Shown here in pieces: positions 63,926 to 64,000 of a stretch of DNA of 64,000 bases. Position 1 is the first letter of the stretch. Each line of letters begins with the position of its first letter. Both the position numbers and the translations under genes were made by a program. Under the pieces are notes generated by a model. That model had not been told where the DNA came from. It did not search any database and worked only from the letters and a program-made list of their open reading frames with translations. The stretch covers positions 48,672,001 through 48,736,000 of the forward strand of contig NC_045696.1 in NCBI RefSeq assembly GCF_009834535.1, in the 5' to 3' direction. This DNA comes from Camelus ferus. Lineage: Eukaryota.

Positions 63926-64000
63926 TCCCCACAATGCCTTTACTTCATGAGCTTGCTTTCTGATGATTCTCTCTCCTGCTCTATAGGCATCCTCCACATA

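Noticed and set aside
1..64000. ORF-track entries (60-123 aa) as genes
   Set aside because: No recognisable domains; many start at GTG or TTG, or lie in LTR, L1, L2 or microsatellite sequence; the lengths are what chance gives in 64 kb.

Overview
AT-rich, CpG-poor mammalian nuclear DNA. It is most likely camelid (alpaca/llama/camel), because it carries three tRNA-Ala-derived SINEs of the Vic-1 type and no recognisable ruminant, pig, primate or rodent SINEs. I recognise no protein-coding gene, and the ORF track is consistent with chance ORFs and ORFs inside repeats. The window looks like a large intron or intergenic interval. It is packed with old MIR, L2, L1M, MaLR and DNA-transposon fossils, several solo LTRs with intact target-site duplications (TSDs), a decayed ERV-L pol segment and younger L1 and SINE insertions. 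Structures seen directly in the sequence: a perfect 33-bp inverted repeat plus a 22-bp palindrome inside a MIR (57613-57711), a 5'-inverted (twin-primed) L1 (30655-31146), a SINE apparently carrying a 3'-transduced L1 piece (18293-18479), and several nested insertions. Speculative but testable: overlapping sense and antisense exon signals near 11.1 kb, an 18-nt microexon candidate at 26878, a minus-strand poly(A) candidate near 7.6 kb, and CTCF, TATA and MEF2 motif clusters. I found no evidence for a new multi-gene system. Repeat family names come from remembered consensus sequences, and boundaries of old repeats are approximate.
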